From Paramoeba atlantica (taxonomy: Eukaryota; Protista; Discosea), in the NCBI GenBank assembly GCA_977017575.1, contig CDRNVI010000020.1, forward strand, positions 124,001-188,000: DNA of 64,000 nucleotides, in the 5' to 3' direction. Below, one piece after another: positions 10,417 through 18,956 of the stretch. The notes below the pieces were generated by a model that saw only the letters and a program-made list of their open reading frames with translations, ran no database searches and was not told where the DNA came from. The first letter of the stretch is position 1; every line of letters begins with the position of its first letter. A program made the translations under genes and the position numbers.

Positions 10417-10555
10417 GCTTATTTTATACATTGGAATGGCTTAGCAACAAAGTGTGCGCCCGTCTTCGTCCAACTGACATTTTTTCACGCTCCATCCCTC
10501 TAAGTATACATGTATAATAAATATTCCTTGGCTTTAGAAAATACTAATTCCTTGA

Positions 10556-11884
10556 TTTTTCCATAGCGTCTGAGTTACATGCCGAGCGAAGAAGAAAATA
10601 TAGATACCAAAAGGATATGCTAAATGAGGTAGACGCCAAAATTTCACTGTTGGGAACAGTTTCTACTTTGAGAATAACACAATAACGTAATACAGTTCTG
10701 TTCGTTAGTACTAAGCTTATATTCAATTCAAGTCGTAGTTTCTTAAATATTTCAGAATAAGTGTGATTCAAGAAACTCCAACAGGAAATTTTGCTTATTT
10801 GCGTCTATAGAAAATCCTTTTATAAATAAAATATCTTTTTCCATAGCGTCTGAGTTACATGCCGAGCGAAGAAGAAAATATAGATACCAAAAGGATGTGC
10901 TAAATGAGGTAGACGCCAAAATTTCACTGTTGGGAACAGTTTCTACTTTGAGAATAACACAATAACGTAATACAGTTCTGTTCGTTAGTACTAAGCTTAT
11001 ATTCAATTCAAGTCGTAGTTTCTTAAATATTTCAGAATAAGTGTGATTCAAGAAACTCCAACAGGAAATTTTGCTTATTTGCGTCTATAGAAAATCCTTT
11101 TATAAATAAAATATCTTTTTCCATAGCGTCTGAGTTACATGCCGAGCGAAGAAGAAAATATAGATACCAAAAGGATGTGCTAAATGAGGTAGACGCCAAA
11201 ATTTCACTGTTGGGAACAGTTTCTACTTTGAGAATAACACAATAACGTAATACAGTTCTGTTCGTTAGTACTAAGCTTATATTCAATTCAAGTCGTAGTT
11301 TCTTAAATATTTCAGAATAAGTGTGATTCAAGAAACTCCAACAGGAAATTTTGCTTATTTGCGTCTATAGAAAATCCTTTTATAAATAAGATATCTTTTT
11401 CCATAGCGTCCGAGTTACATGCCTAGCGAGGAAGAAAATATAGATACCAAAAGGATGTGCTAAATGAGGTAGACGCCAAAATTTCACTGTTGGGAACAGT
11501 TTCTACTTTGAGAATAACACAATAACGTAATACAGTTCTGTTCGTTAGTACTAAGCTTATATTCAATTCAAGTCGTAGTTTTTTAAATATTTCAGAATAA
11601 GTGTGATTCAAGAAACTCCAACAGGAAATTTTGCTTATTTGCGTCTATAGAAAATCCTTTTATAAATAAAATGTCTTTTTCCATAGCGTCTGAGTTACAT
11701 GCCGAGCGAAGAAGAAAATATAGATACCAAAAGGATGTGCTAAATGAGGTAGACGCCAAAATTTCACTGTTGGGAACAGTTTCTACTTTGAGAATAACAC
11801 AATAACGTAATACAGTTCTGTTCGTTAGTACTAAGCTTATATTCAATTCAAGTCGTAGTTTCTTAAATATTTCAGAATAAGTGT
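10556..11884. repeat. Tandem array of a 280-bp AT-rich unit (units 1-4 and the first 209 bp of unit 5)
   Basis: Unit starts at 10556, 10836, 11116, 11396 and 11676, with only scattered substitutions between copies. Confidence 0.97.
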
Positions 11885-12001
11885 ATAACCATGTTGGTCG
11901 TCCTCCGGTTCGACGGATTTGGTTGCTGTATCCAAGCGAAACTATAGAAATTCCAGTAAGTTTATCTTAATCGTCGCTTTTCACGAATAGCAATTTTCCG
12001 T

Positions 12002-15000
12002 CTAGGCTGATCCTCCCCGTCGGGATGGCGCATCCGCTAGATTTGTATCCGAACTTGTCCAGATGATTTCCCTGAACGTGCCCTTCACATAATAATCATT
12101 TCGCAGACGCTGCAACCACGACATAATAAGAGGAGGACCCGCGCACCAGCGGGACATCCATGATACTACATTCTTGTTGTCAGAGATAATGGTCACATTT
12201 TTTAATTTTCGTTCTTTACATTCCTTCAGACCCATCTCAGCAGCATACAGTTCTTTATAGGCGATTGGCTTCTCTTTCAACCAGGAGGGAAAAATACCAC
12301 TGCGATCTCGTAGATTCCCTGCTTCCCACCAGGCGAGACCCCATCTGCCCTGTGACGCGTCCACGTAGATACGCTCACTTTCATCTGCTGACTCTCCAAC
12401 GCTCCGGGGTGTGTTGATTTCGATACGATTTAGGAGTTCAATCAAGGCTGTAACAAATTCCGGTCGCATCCAGCAGGTCTTGTCCCAGTAGATCGGATTG
12501 CAAGAAAGAAACCGGGCTCTGTTGCGAATCCATAGCATCACCGTTATGTAGTCGCATTGTGCAATCCCCAGCACTCGTGCGGCCCAAAAAATAGTTCCCA
12601 GTACCTTCCACACTAAGCGATGTGAGGGCCTAGATTGGATTCGTTGAAGAGTTTCAAACGTGTTGCGCAAAGCTACCAACTTCTCAATAAATTCGCGGGG
12701 TAAACAAAGGGTCTTTCGAGATAGATCTACCTGAACGCCTAAAATGGTTCCCGCCTCTTGCGGCGGTGTTGTAACGACTAAAGTGGCTGAGACTTTTTCT
12801 GCTCTTACTAAAACTTCACCGATGTCGTTCTCCAAGTCCTTTGTTGAATTTGAGAACCGGTAGCCATTATCAATGAACATCAAGGTTTCACTTTTAGCTC
12901 CCGGTAAATGGTGAAGAATGGATGTAGCGGCATGTGCGATCTTCACTGAACTCTTCCACCCCATGGGTAATGTAGACCAAGCGTATGTGCGACCCGAAAC
13001 ACGAATCGCAAAGAATGGTAACGCCGCTTGTGGAAGATCGAATTGATTGTACCAGCTCTTCCCGTCTGTTTCGCAGAAAAAGTCGTGCCTCCGAATCATG
13101 TCTGCAATGTCAGATAACCCCGGAAGCTCTAATGGTCCGGGAACCATCTCCTGTATCTCGTTCAGTGGGATCGCATTTAGTATCGCTCTTAAGGTACGTT
13201 TTCTCTGTTTTGGAACTAGAAACGCTGACATCCAGATTTTCGCTTTTCGACGCGGTAATGGTTTCAAAATACCACTTTTCACTAAATCCCCTAAAAAGGG
13301 GGCGAGGTACTTGGATTCGCCACTGTAGACAGGTGTACATTTTGTACACGTCAAACTGCTAAAATGTTCATCTTCTAAGTATTTTAATATATTGACTTCA
13401 GCTTCCAGGTGTTCTGCTTGTGCTAGGCTTTTTAATAATTCTAAATTTAAACGCGTCGCTGGCATCGGGTCCAAAGGCCATTGCGGCGGTTTCTGTATGT
13501 TTCTCTCGCTAAAAAGTTTTCCGGAACGCGCATACCCGTATGACGCGAACTCATATAATACTTTCCATGGCGAGGTGCCGACACCTATTGGTGCGGCGAC
13601 GCAGGCTCCACTATCTGTGATCGCTTCGTTTTTGTTGGGACATGTAGGTCCCGCTCTATATCGGTCTCCATCTCTCTTAAAGCTTCCATATCCTCCTGTT
13701 CCGCTTTTGCCAGTTGCCGCTCTTGTTCGTCCAGTTTGGCTTTTTTGAATCTCGCTCGTGATTGAACTGGGGACGCGTAGTCCGTCCCCGTTGGGTTGTA
13801 CAGGTATGCAGGAACTCTGTGCCTTTTTATCTGCGGCGGGGGATCGTAATGAATTATTGAGGCGGGGTTTGGTGGCGGCGTTGGTTGCGGAGGTGGGGTC
13901 CAATGATCTGCATCCTGAAACGTCAGGAAATTGAACGGGGTCGGCGGGGTGGCGAAACCGGGTGTGAGAAGTGGGGTGGCGCGGTTTGATGCTTCCTGAT
14001 ATGGGGTTGCTTCCCGAAGAGCATGCGGACATTCCCCCTGACCCAGCGTCTTCAGATGTGATGTAGCCGCGCGAGGGGCAGGAGAAACCCCCCTCGGATC
14101 CGGAGTATCTTCCTGAGGGACCTCGGACCGCGAGGCAGAGGGGGTCCTTATCGGATCTGGGCTTTCTGTCCGTGGTGTCGTGGCTAGAAATAAGGCCTGG
14201 ACTGGAGCATCTGTTTCCCGATTGATCTTCGGCTGGACAGGGCAAGGGGAAAGGGGAAAGTGTAATTGACTTCGAACACCCTGTTGCTGGGGGGCCGACC
14301 CGAAAACGGGGGTGGCAAGCAATTGAAAAGGAGGGGGGGTTCCAAACAGGTTTCGTAGTGCTGATGGGAATCGATGGTTTTGATCTCGTTTGCAAGGGCT
14401 CTCGGAAAACGGAGTAGTGAGTTCCGGTACGGTGGAAACAGGAACGCTTCTGGCCAATATTGACACTTTGTCGGGCGGGGGAAAATGTGGAAACAGGTTT
14501 GATAACGGAAATGCTCGTGCCACCTTTTGATACAGGGGTGTCTCGAACCTCTGGTGGTTCGAGCAGGGGGGGTTTAAACTCGTCGTTTCGACAGGTGAGT
14601 CCACGGGTATAAAACTGTCCTGTTGCTCCGATGGGTCCGCCTGCCTCATTTCGCAAGGAACCCTTTTCTCCATTAACCTGGAGAAAATTTGGGTCCCCGG
14701 GAGAGGTGAATCGATCTCGATGATCGACCCCCTCGTTGATGGGGTCCGCGGAGTATTTTCCAACGTAGTCGTTCGACTCTCTTCTACAGGAAATTCTGAA
14801 TACAGGGGAGCGGGTTGTCCTAATAGTCTGGACACTTCCAGACCTTTTACCGCTTTCGGATCCATATAGGATCCCAGGTACGCCCGGAGAGAGTTTTCCG
14901 ATACGTGCCGAGTCAAACATTGAATGTCTTGCGCTGAGACTTCCAAAGCCGCCATGTGTTGGAGCGCTCCCCTGCGAATGGAATATAGACTGAAACGGTC

Positions 15001-15907
15001 TCTCAGTCGAGGGTGATTCAGCGCCGCCGGTAATTTCTTCAAGGCGAGATTTAGAGTTCTCAATTCTACTCCCTCGAACCACTGTTCGCGACCTAACCGG
15101 CGAGCATTCCACAGAGACGTCCGAATTGTCCTTCTCCAGACCAGCGGGACCACCATTCTTATGCAGCGCGGAGTACTTCTTTCCTGATTCGTAACATTCT
15201 TGGTATGACTTAGCATCCATGTGAGTTTCGTCGTTCGCCTCGGAAGTCACTGACACTTCGTCTACGTCCAGAGCTAACAGTTCTCCAGGTCTCTGTCCGC
15301 TGAGCCAATAAACCATCACGAACGTTTTTTTGATCTCTGTTAACTGCGGTTGATCCAAAAATTGAATTACTTGTTCGTGGGTCATAGGATTTGCCTTTAT
15401 AGCGGGAGTGGCCCTCCTCATCATGGCCGCTTTCAAAGCGTCTATTCGAGCTATATCCAGTTTTACCCCCGAGAACGAGTACTCGTTTACCAGATGGCAC
15501 AGGTATTGTACCACCGTTTGACCTTTTACCTTCTCTTGGTCGTATAGATGGAGAGCGAAAGCTGCAAGCATTCTCTCTTCGTCTAGCACATATCCCAAGG
15601 TGTGGACTCCTTCCACGAAACTCACGAATCTCCTCCATATTCTTTTCATGATCTCCAGGAGAAAACTTTGGAATGATTTCCAGGAGAAAACTTTTCGCGG
15701 AAAATGTCTTCCGCTCGTCGCACGCAGCTGTCTAACACGTCTTCCGGAAGCTCTATATAAATTATGTTTTTCAAAATCTGATCGTGACCTAAAATATAAT
15801 CTCTGATCGGGACCTGGCCGGGACCAGGGCAGTTTACTTTCTCCACGGCACGGCCTCCCGAACAGCCGTACCGCGACAGGGGTCGTCCGGCCCCGGGGTC
15901 CCGTCAC
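12002..15907 (-). CDS. As-assembled 1301-aa ORF: YR N-terminal half (from ATG 15649), long linker, reverse transcriptase, DIRS-type RNase H
   Basis: YR box I WLSGQRPGELLAL. RT motifs FLVPKQ..LRAILN, ETDGKSWYNQF, LPMGWKSS, FIDN. RNase H motifs YVDASQGRWG, KELYAA, ISDN, NLADAPSR. Confidence 0.88.
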   Translation of the reverse strand: MTGPRGRTTPVAVRLFGRPCRGESKLPWSRPGPDQRLYFRSRSDFEKHNLYRASGRRVRQLRATSGRHFPRKVFSWKSFQSFLLEIMKRIWRRFVSFVEGVHTLGYVLDEERMLAAFALHLYDQEKVKGQTVVQYLCHLVNEYSFSGVKLDIARIDALKAAMMRRATPAIKANPMTHEQVIQFLDQPQLTEIKKTFVMVYWLSGQRPGELLALDVDEVSVTSEANDETHMDAKSYQECYESGKKYSALHKNGGPAGLEKDNSDVSVECSPVRSRTVVRGSRIENSKSRLEEITGGAESPSTERPFQSIFHSQGSAPTHGGFGSLSARHSMFDSARIGKLSPGVPGILYGSESGKRSGSVQTIRTTRSPVFRISCRRESNDYVGKYSADPINEGVDHRDRFTSPGDPNFLQVNGEKGSLRNEAGGPIGATGQFYTRGLTCRNDEFKPPLLEPPEVRDTPVSKGGTSISVIKPVSTFSPARQSVNIGQKRSCFHRTGTHYSVFREPLQTRSKPSIPISTTKPVWNPPSFSIACHPRFRVGPPATGCSKSITLSPFPLPCPAEDQSGNRCSSPGLISSHDTTDRKPRSDKDPLCLAVRGPSGRYSGSEGGFSCPSRGYITSEDAGSGGMSACSSGSNPISGSIKPRHPTSHTRFRHPADPVQFPDVSGCRSLDPTSATNAATKPRLNNSLRSPAADKKAQSSCIPVQPNGDGLRVPSSITSEIQKSQTGRTRAATGKSGTGGYGSFKRDGDRYRAGPTCPNKNEAITDSGACVAAPIGVGTSPWKVLYEFASYGYARSGKLFSERNIQKPPQWPLDPMPATRLNLELLKSLAQAEHLEAEVNILKYLEDEHFSSLTCTKCTPVYSGESKYLAPFLGDLVKSGILKPLPRRKAKIWMSAFLVPKQRKRTLRAILNAIPLNEIQEMVPGPLELPGLSDIADMIRRHDFFCETDGKSWYNQFDLPQAALPFFAIRVSGRTYAWSTLPMGWKSSVKIAHAATSILHHLPGAKSETLMFIDNGYRFSNSTKDLENDIGEVLVRAEKVSATLVVTTPPQEAGTILGVQVDLSRKTLCLPREFIEKLVALRNTFETLQRIQSRPSHRLVWKVLGTIFWAARVLGIAQCDYITVMLWIRNRARFLSCNPIYWDKTCWMRPEFVTALIELLNRIEINTPRSVGESADESERIYVDASQGRWGLAWWEAGNLRDRSGIFPSWLKEKPIAYKELYAAEMGLKECKERKLKNVTIISDNKNVVSWMSRWCAGPPLIMSWLQRLRNDYYVKGTFREIIWTSSDTNLADAPSRRGGSA
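13585..15216 (-). CDS. Tyrosine recombinase C-terminal catalytic half plus Pro-rich tail, overlapping the RT ORF in another frame
   Basis: LSHTKN (catalytic Lys region), SLYSIRRGALQHM (HxxR box with Tyr), LTRH..SLRAYLG (His/Tyr nucleophile box). Confidence 0.85.
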   Translation of the reverse strand: MLSHTKNVTNQERSTPRCIRMVVPLVWRRTIRTSLWNARRLGREQWFEGVELRTLNLALKKLPAALNHPRLRDRFSLYSIRRGALQHMAALEVSAQDIQCLTRHVSENSLRAYLGSYMDPKAVKGLEVSRLLGQPAPLYSEFPVEESRTTTLENTPRTPSTRGSIIEIDSPLPGTQIFSRLMEKRVPCEMRQADPSEQQDSFIPVDSPVETTSLNPPCSNHQRFETPLYQKVARAFPLSNLFPHFPPPDKVSILARSVPVSTVPELTTPFSESPCKRDQNHRFPSALRNLFGTPPPFQLLATPVFGSAPQQQGVRSQLHFPLSPCPVQPKINRETDAPVQALFLATTPRTESPDPIRTPSASRSEVPQEDTPDPRGVSPAPRAATSHLKTLGQGECPHALREATPYQEASNRATPLLTPGFATPPTPFNFLTFQDADHWTPPPQPTPPPNPASIIHYDPPPQIKRHRVPAYLYNPTGTDYASPVQSRARFKKAKLDEQERQLAKAEQEDMEALREMETDIERDLHVPTKTKRSQIVEPASPHQ

Positions 15908-16693
15908 TGGGACGGGGGAGCAGCCGGAGATGCATAACTGCGACCTCCGCGCCCGCGGGTTCTCCCTCGCCCACTGGAAGCGAACCCGCGCCCTCCGCCG
16001 TTTTTTGCCTGCGATAGAGACACTGCGCCCTGAGCGATCGAACAGTTCTTGTAAAACTCCATAGCGGTGTCGTGAGCATTGTCATACCTTGAACCCGATC
16101 GGCGAACTTTTTAGAGCATCTTTCCATTGGAGCGCGACACGCCGACCCCACTTGTGTTTGTATCTGAGGAAAATGACGTTTTCGATCGCCGGAGTAATCG
16201 ACTTCATGGAAACTGCCTGGCCCCGTTTCACCAGCTCGTCGCAAGCCTCCAAGTGACTTTGGATAGTGTCTAATGCATCTTTTAGACCAATAGAATCTCC
16301 TGGCACAGCAGTCGGATCCGCAGAGTTTCCGAAGAGCTTTCGCACCTCGTGCTCTACGCGTTGGAGGAGCTGTCGACGCAAATTGTCAGAACAGTAATGC
16401 TCGGGTTTCCAGTGTTCCGGCTGCAAAACGTGTTCCTGTGGCAGGTCATGGATGGAAATATCATAAGCAGACGGCGAGTCGGACGCGCGCGCCACCATTT
16501 GTAAAGCTTCTTTATTTTGCGTACTTAAGCGGCTCAGATTGCCTTCCATACGGTCCAAACGCCCCATTTGAGATTGCAAATGCAGCATTCCTTCCTGCAA
16601 ACTCTGAAGTTGGCTCGCGCTAGACTCGAATTTCGAAGTTAATATCGACAGCTGACGCATGACGTCAGAAACGGAGGGCTGACTTTCCGGCAT
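15904..16693 (-). CDS. Gag-like ORF1 (coiled-coil N-terminus); 203-aa ORF ends at 16082 but an RGG-rich tail continues in the +1 frame to TGA 15906-15904
   Basis: Heptad-rich N-terminus in the first position of the element. The +1 frame after ~16090 reads YDNAHDTAMEFYKN...GGGRGFASSGRGRTRGRGGRSY. Confidence 0.7.
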
Positions 16694-16713
16694 TGAGATG
16701 GCGGGAAATTAAT

Positions 16714-16822
16714 GTCGTAGTTTCTTAAATATTTCAGAATAAGTGTGATTCAAGAAACTCCAACAGGAAATTTTGCTTATTTGCGTCTATAGAAAATCCT
16801 TTTATAAATAAAATATCTTTTT
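16714..16822. repeat. Remainder of the 280-bp array (33-bp duplicated segment plus the last 71 bp of unit 5)
   Basis: gtcgtagtttcttaaatatttcagaataagtgt, then gattcaagaaac...aaatatc (16747-16817), completing exactly five units, then ttttt. Confidence 0.95.
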
Positions 16823-16912
16823 TCAACTGCAATTAGTTATACGTTCTTTTTTAATCATCGAAATTCTAATTATAGAAGTTTGGATGAATTCGCATCTGAT
16901 TGTACTTTACTC

Positions 16913-17398
16913 ATGAAGCGACGCGTAGGTGATGTAATCTGGACGTTTAATCCTAACAAACACGAAGGGTTTCAAAATTTACGGAACACGTATGGAAATG
17001 TCCGGGGGGAAGGGAAAGGTCACATTAAATCACAAACTTCTCTGGTACCTATTGCCGATGCAAGCGAGCGTCTTCGTGAAATGTACCGCAGTCGTGTACC
17101 TTTCTTTGATCTACGAGAACGAGCTTCCATAGCATATCAAGGTCTGCAACGCGCCGTCCCAATGAATTACCACGACATTATTTCAGGAGCTATTCGTCCA
17201 ATTCTTCCTCTAGACACAAAAGCCGCACTTGTTGTCATTGCTTCATCTTACAGAGGTCACAATGCTGTGCAGGCGCTTCGTGACTTCGGGTATCCTAACT
17301 CCATTTGGGTTTCCTTTGAAGATGTTTCTAATTTTGATCAAGTTGCTTTACGAGTAGAAAACCATACGATAGCGAATGAGTCAAAAGAATACCATTAG
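16913..17398 (+). CDS. Rhodanese-like domain protein (no active-site Cys apparent)
   Basis: FFDLRE...AVP...LPLDTKAALVVIAS.YRGHNAVQALRDFGYPN matches the rhodanese fold pattern; ATG at 16913. Confidence 0.6.
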   Translation: MKRRVGDVIWTFNPNKHEGFQNLRNTYGNVRGEGKGHIKSQTSLVPIADASERLREMYRSRVPFFDLRERASIAYQGLQRAVPMNYHDIISGAIRPILPLDTKAALVVIASSYRGHNAVQALRDFGYPNSIWVSFEDVSNFDQVALRVENHTIANESKEYH

Positions 17399-17516
17399 TC
17401 AAATTCCACCTGTCCCCGATTTTTAACATCTCATGTACATAAGATTATTACATAAGATTTACACGCTCATTGTTTAAGTGGCTAACTTAGACTGGAAAGT
17501 ATGTATTAAATGTAAC

Positions 17517-18827
17517 GGGTACAGACCACTTATATTGCACCCACTTTCAAAATAATAATACGAAGGTACTGAAATTTTTTCTTGTGCAGCGTAACTTTGC
17601 TCACTTTACCTCATTTGCTCTTTCCGCTTACTTTACATCAAAAAGTGTTGCAGCATACTCAAAGTCAGATCGTCTTCGGTTGCATCCGATGGAGTTTCAT
17701 CACCAGACCCTTCGGTTTCCTCAATACCTTCGAGTTCCACTTCATTCTTTATTGACTTCAAGGCGACGAGGAGAGCCCGCAGACGTTGTTGCCATGTTGT
17801 TTTCTTAAAAAATAAAGTATAGAGTGATACTACCTTTTCAGCTTTTTCTGGGTCCATAGAAAGTCTTCCTTGCCTTCGTATCGCACGCTTGACCGACGAA
17901 TGGCAAGATTCTGCGTTGTTGGTATGTACGCCATTTTCGGTGACGAAGCGGTATTTACCCTTTTTTCGGTGGTTCACAGTTCGGTGCTCTCGTACTTCGC
18001 TTAGTCCTCGGTAGCCACGCAATCCGTCTGTATTTGCGATGGACCGGTAGCTGTCTACCGTATACTTCCTTATCAGATTTGGTAGCGTGGAGGCATCTCG
18101 CTTTTCCACACGCTTCCATATAGTTCTTCCACAGCTCCCGTCTCTCTCGATACCCGTGATGGTGGCCATGCATATTGTTTTTTTACGATTCGCGCTACCT
18201 TGATGATATTTTCTTGGGAAGAGAAAGTTTCGTCTGCTTGTGGTGAGAGCCTTGAAAAGAGTGCTTGAAAAGGTGAGAGTTTCGTCTGCTGCGCATTTAT
18301 GAAATTTTGTTTCCTCGTTGCGCTTTGCCACCGCTTTCGAAATCCAATCCAGTAGCTCGCGTTTCCATTTAAAAACTGTATTTCGAGTTACGCAACATTG
18401 GGAGGCTATGCTGTCCATTTCAACTCTCTGGCACAGTTTCACCCAAAAAAGGAACTTTGATTCGGGTTTTTTTTGTTTGGCTGAAAAAAAAGGTGACAAT
18501 GTCGAGAGACGCTTTCGGCACTTATTATTGCCCTTGCGTCGCCAACAGATGCACAATGAATAATTTTTTTTGTGGGGAGTTCCTGGCGTACCGTGCGTAG
18601 TACAGAGCTCATTTTTCACAACGCTATGAGCTTTCAAAAATGAAGCGAAGCACGCGGGTAGATCTGCATCGTTCTTCCACCGAAGAATGCATCGAAGGTC
18701 TGCGCAGGTACACATTTTTGAAAATTTATCTTACAAATATTTCTAGGCAACTGGAGAGTAAGTAACCATAAGAAAAAAAAGGTACACAAAATTTGAAAAG
18801 TGGGTGCAATATAAGTGGGCATTACCC
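17517..18827 (-). mobile_element. Merlin / IS1595-superfamily DNA transposon (family 2), full length, 1311 bp
   Basis: 8-bp TSD aatgtaac at 17509-17516 and 18828-18835. TIRs start GGGTA and share a 22-bp perfect core ccacttatattgcacccacttt. Confidence 0.93.
17633..18715 (-). CDS. Merlin transposase, uninterrupted ORF (360 aa)
   Basis: Zn-ribbon and HTH N-terminus; ADET, NTDG, HRTVNH, GVHTNNAES (ISXO2-like DDE). Confidence 0.9.
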   Translation of the reverse strand: MCTCADLRCILRWKNDADLPACFASFLKAHSVVKNELCTTHGTPGTPHKKNYSLCICWRRKGNNKCRKRLSTLSPFFSAKQKKPESKFLFWVKLCQRVEMDSIASQCCVTRNTVFKWKRELLDWISKAVAKRNEETKFHKCAADETLTFSSTLFKALTTSRRNFLFPRKYHQGSANRKKTICMATITGIERDGSCGRTIWKRVEKRDASTLPNLIRKYTVDSYRSIANTDGLRGYRGLSEVREHRTVNHRKKGKYRFVTENGVHTNNAESCHSSVKRAIRRQGRLSMDPEKAEKVVSLYTLFFKKTTWQQRLRALLVALKSIKNEVELEGIEETEGSGDETPSDATEDDLTLSMLQHFLM

Positions 18828-18956
18828 AATGTAACCTTTTACTCTTAGAATAGTCTAATGTTAGGCAAGATACATTTCCACATAATTTAGTTTGTTGGCA
18901 AAATACATGTATGTTTGTAGAAGATCTGTACCTTTATTACACTTTGGTCTTTTGAC

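Larger units (their letters stand above)
11885..16713 (-). mobile_element. Tyrosine-recombinase retrotransposon (DIRS-like, gag-YR-RT/RH order as in kinetoplastid VIPER/TATE), 4829 bp
   Basis: Gag-like, YR, RT and RNase H coding regions in that order. It interrupts unit 5 of the 280-bp array; the 33 bp at 11852-11884 are repeated at 16714-16746. Confidence 0.92.

Noticed and set aside
10544-11846. Repeated 60-99 aa ORFs (MNHTYSEIF...) and CRISPR-like appearance of the array
   Set aside because: The ORFs are by-products of a 280-bp unit (not a multiple of 3) and start at non-ATG codons. Units are near-identical end to end with no unique spacers, and no cas genes are present.
11885-12001. Search for DIRS-type inverted terminal repeats, internal complementary region or split direct repeats
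   Set aside because: Only a weak aattt(t/c)ccg similarity between the ends was found by eye; not called.
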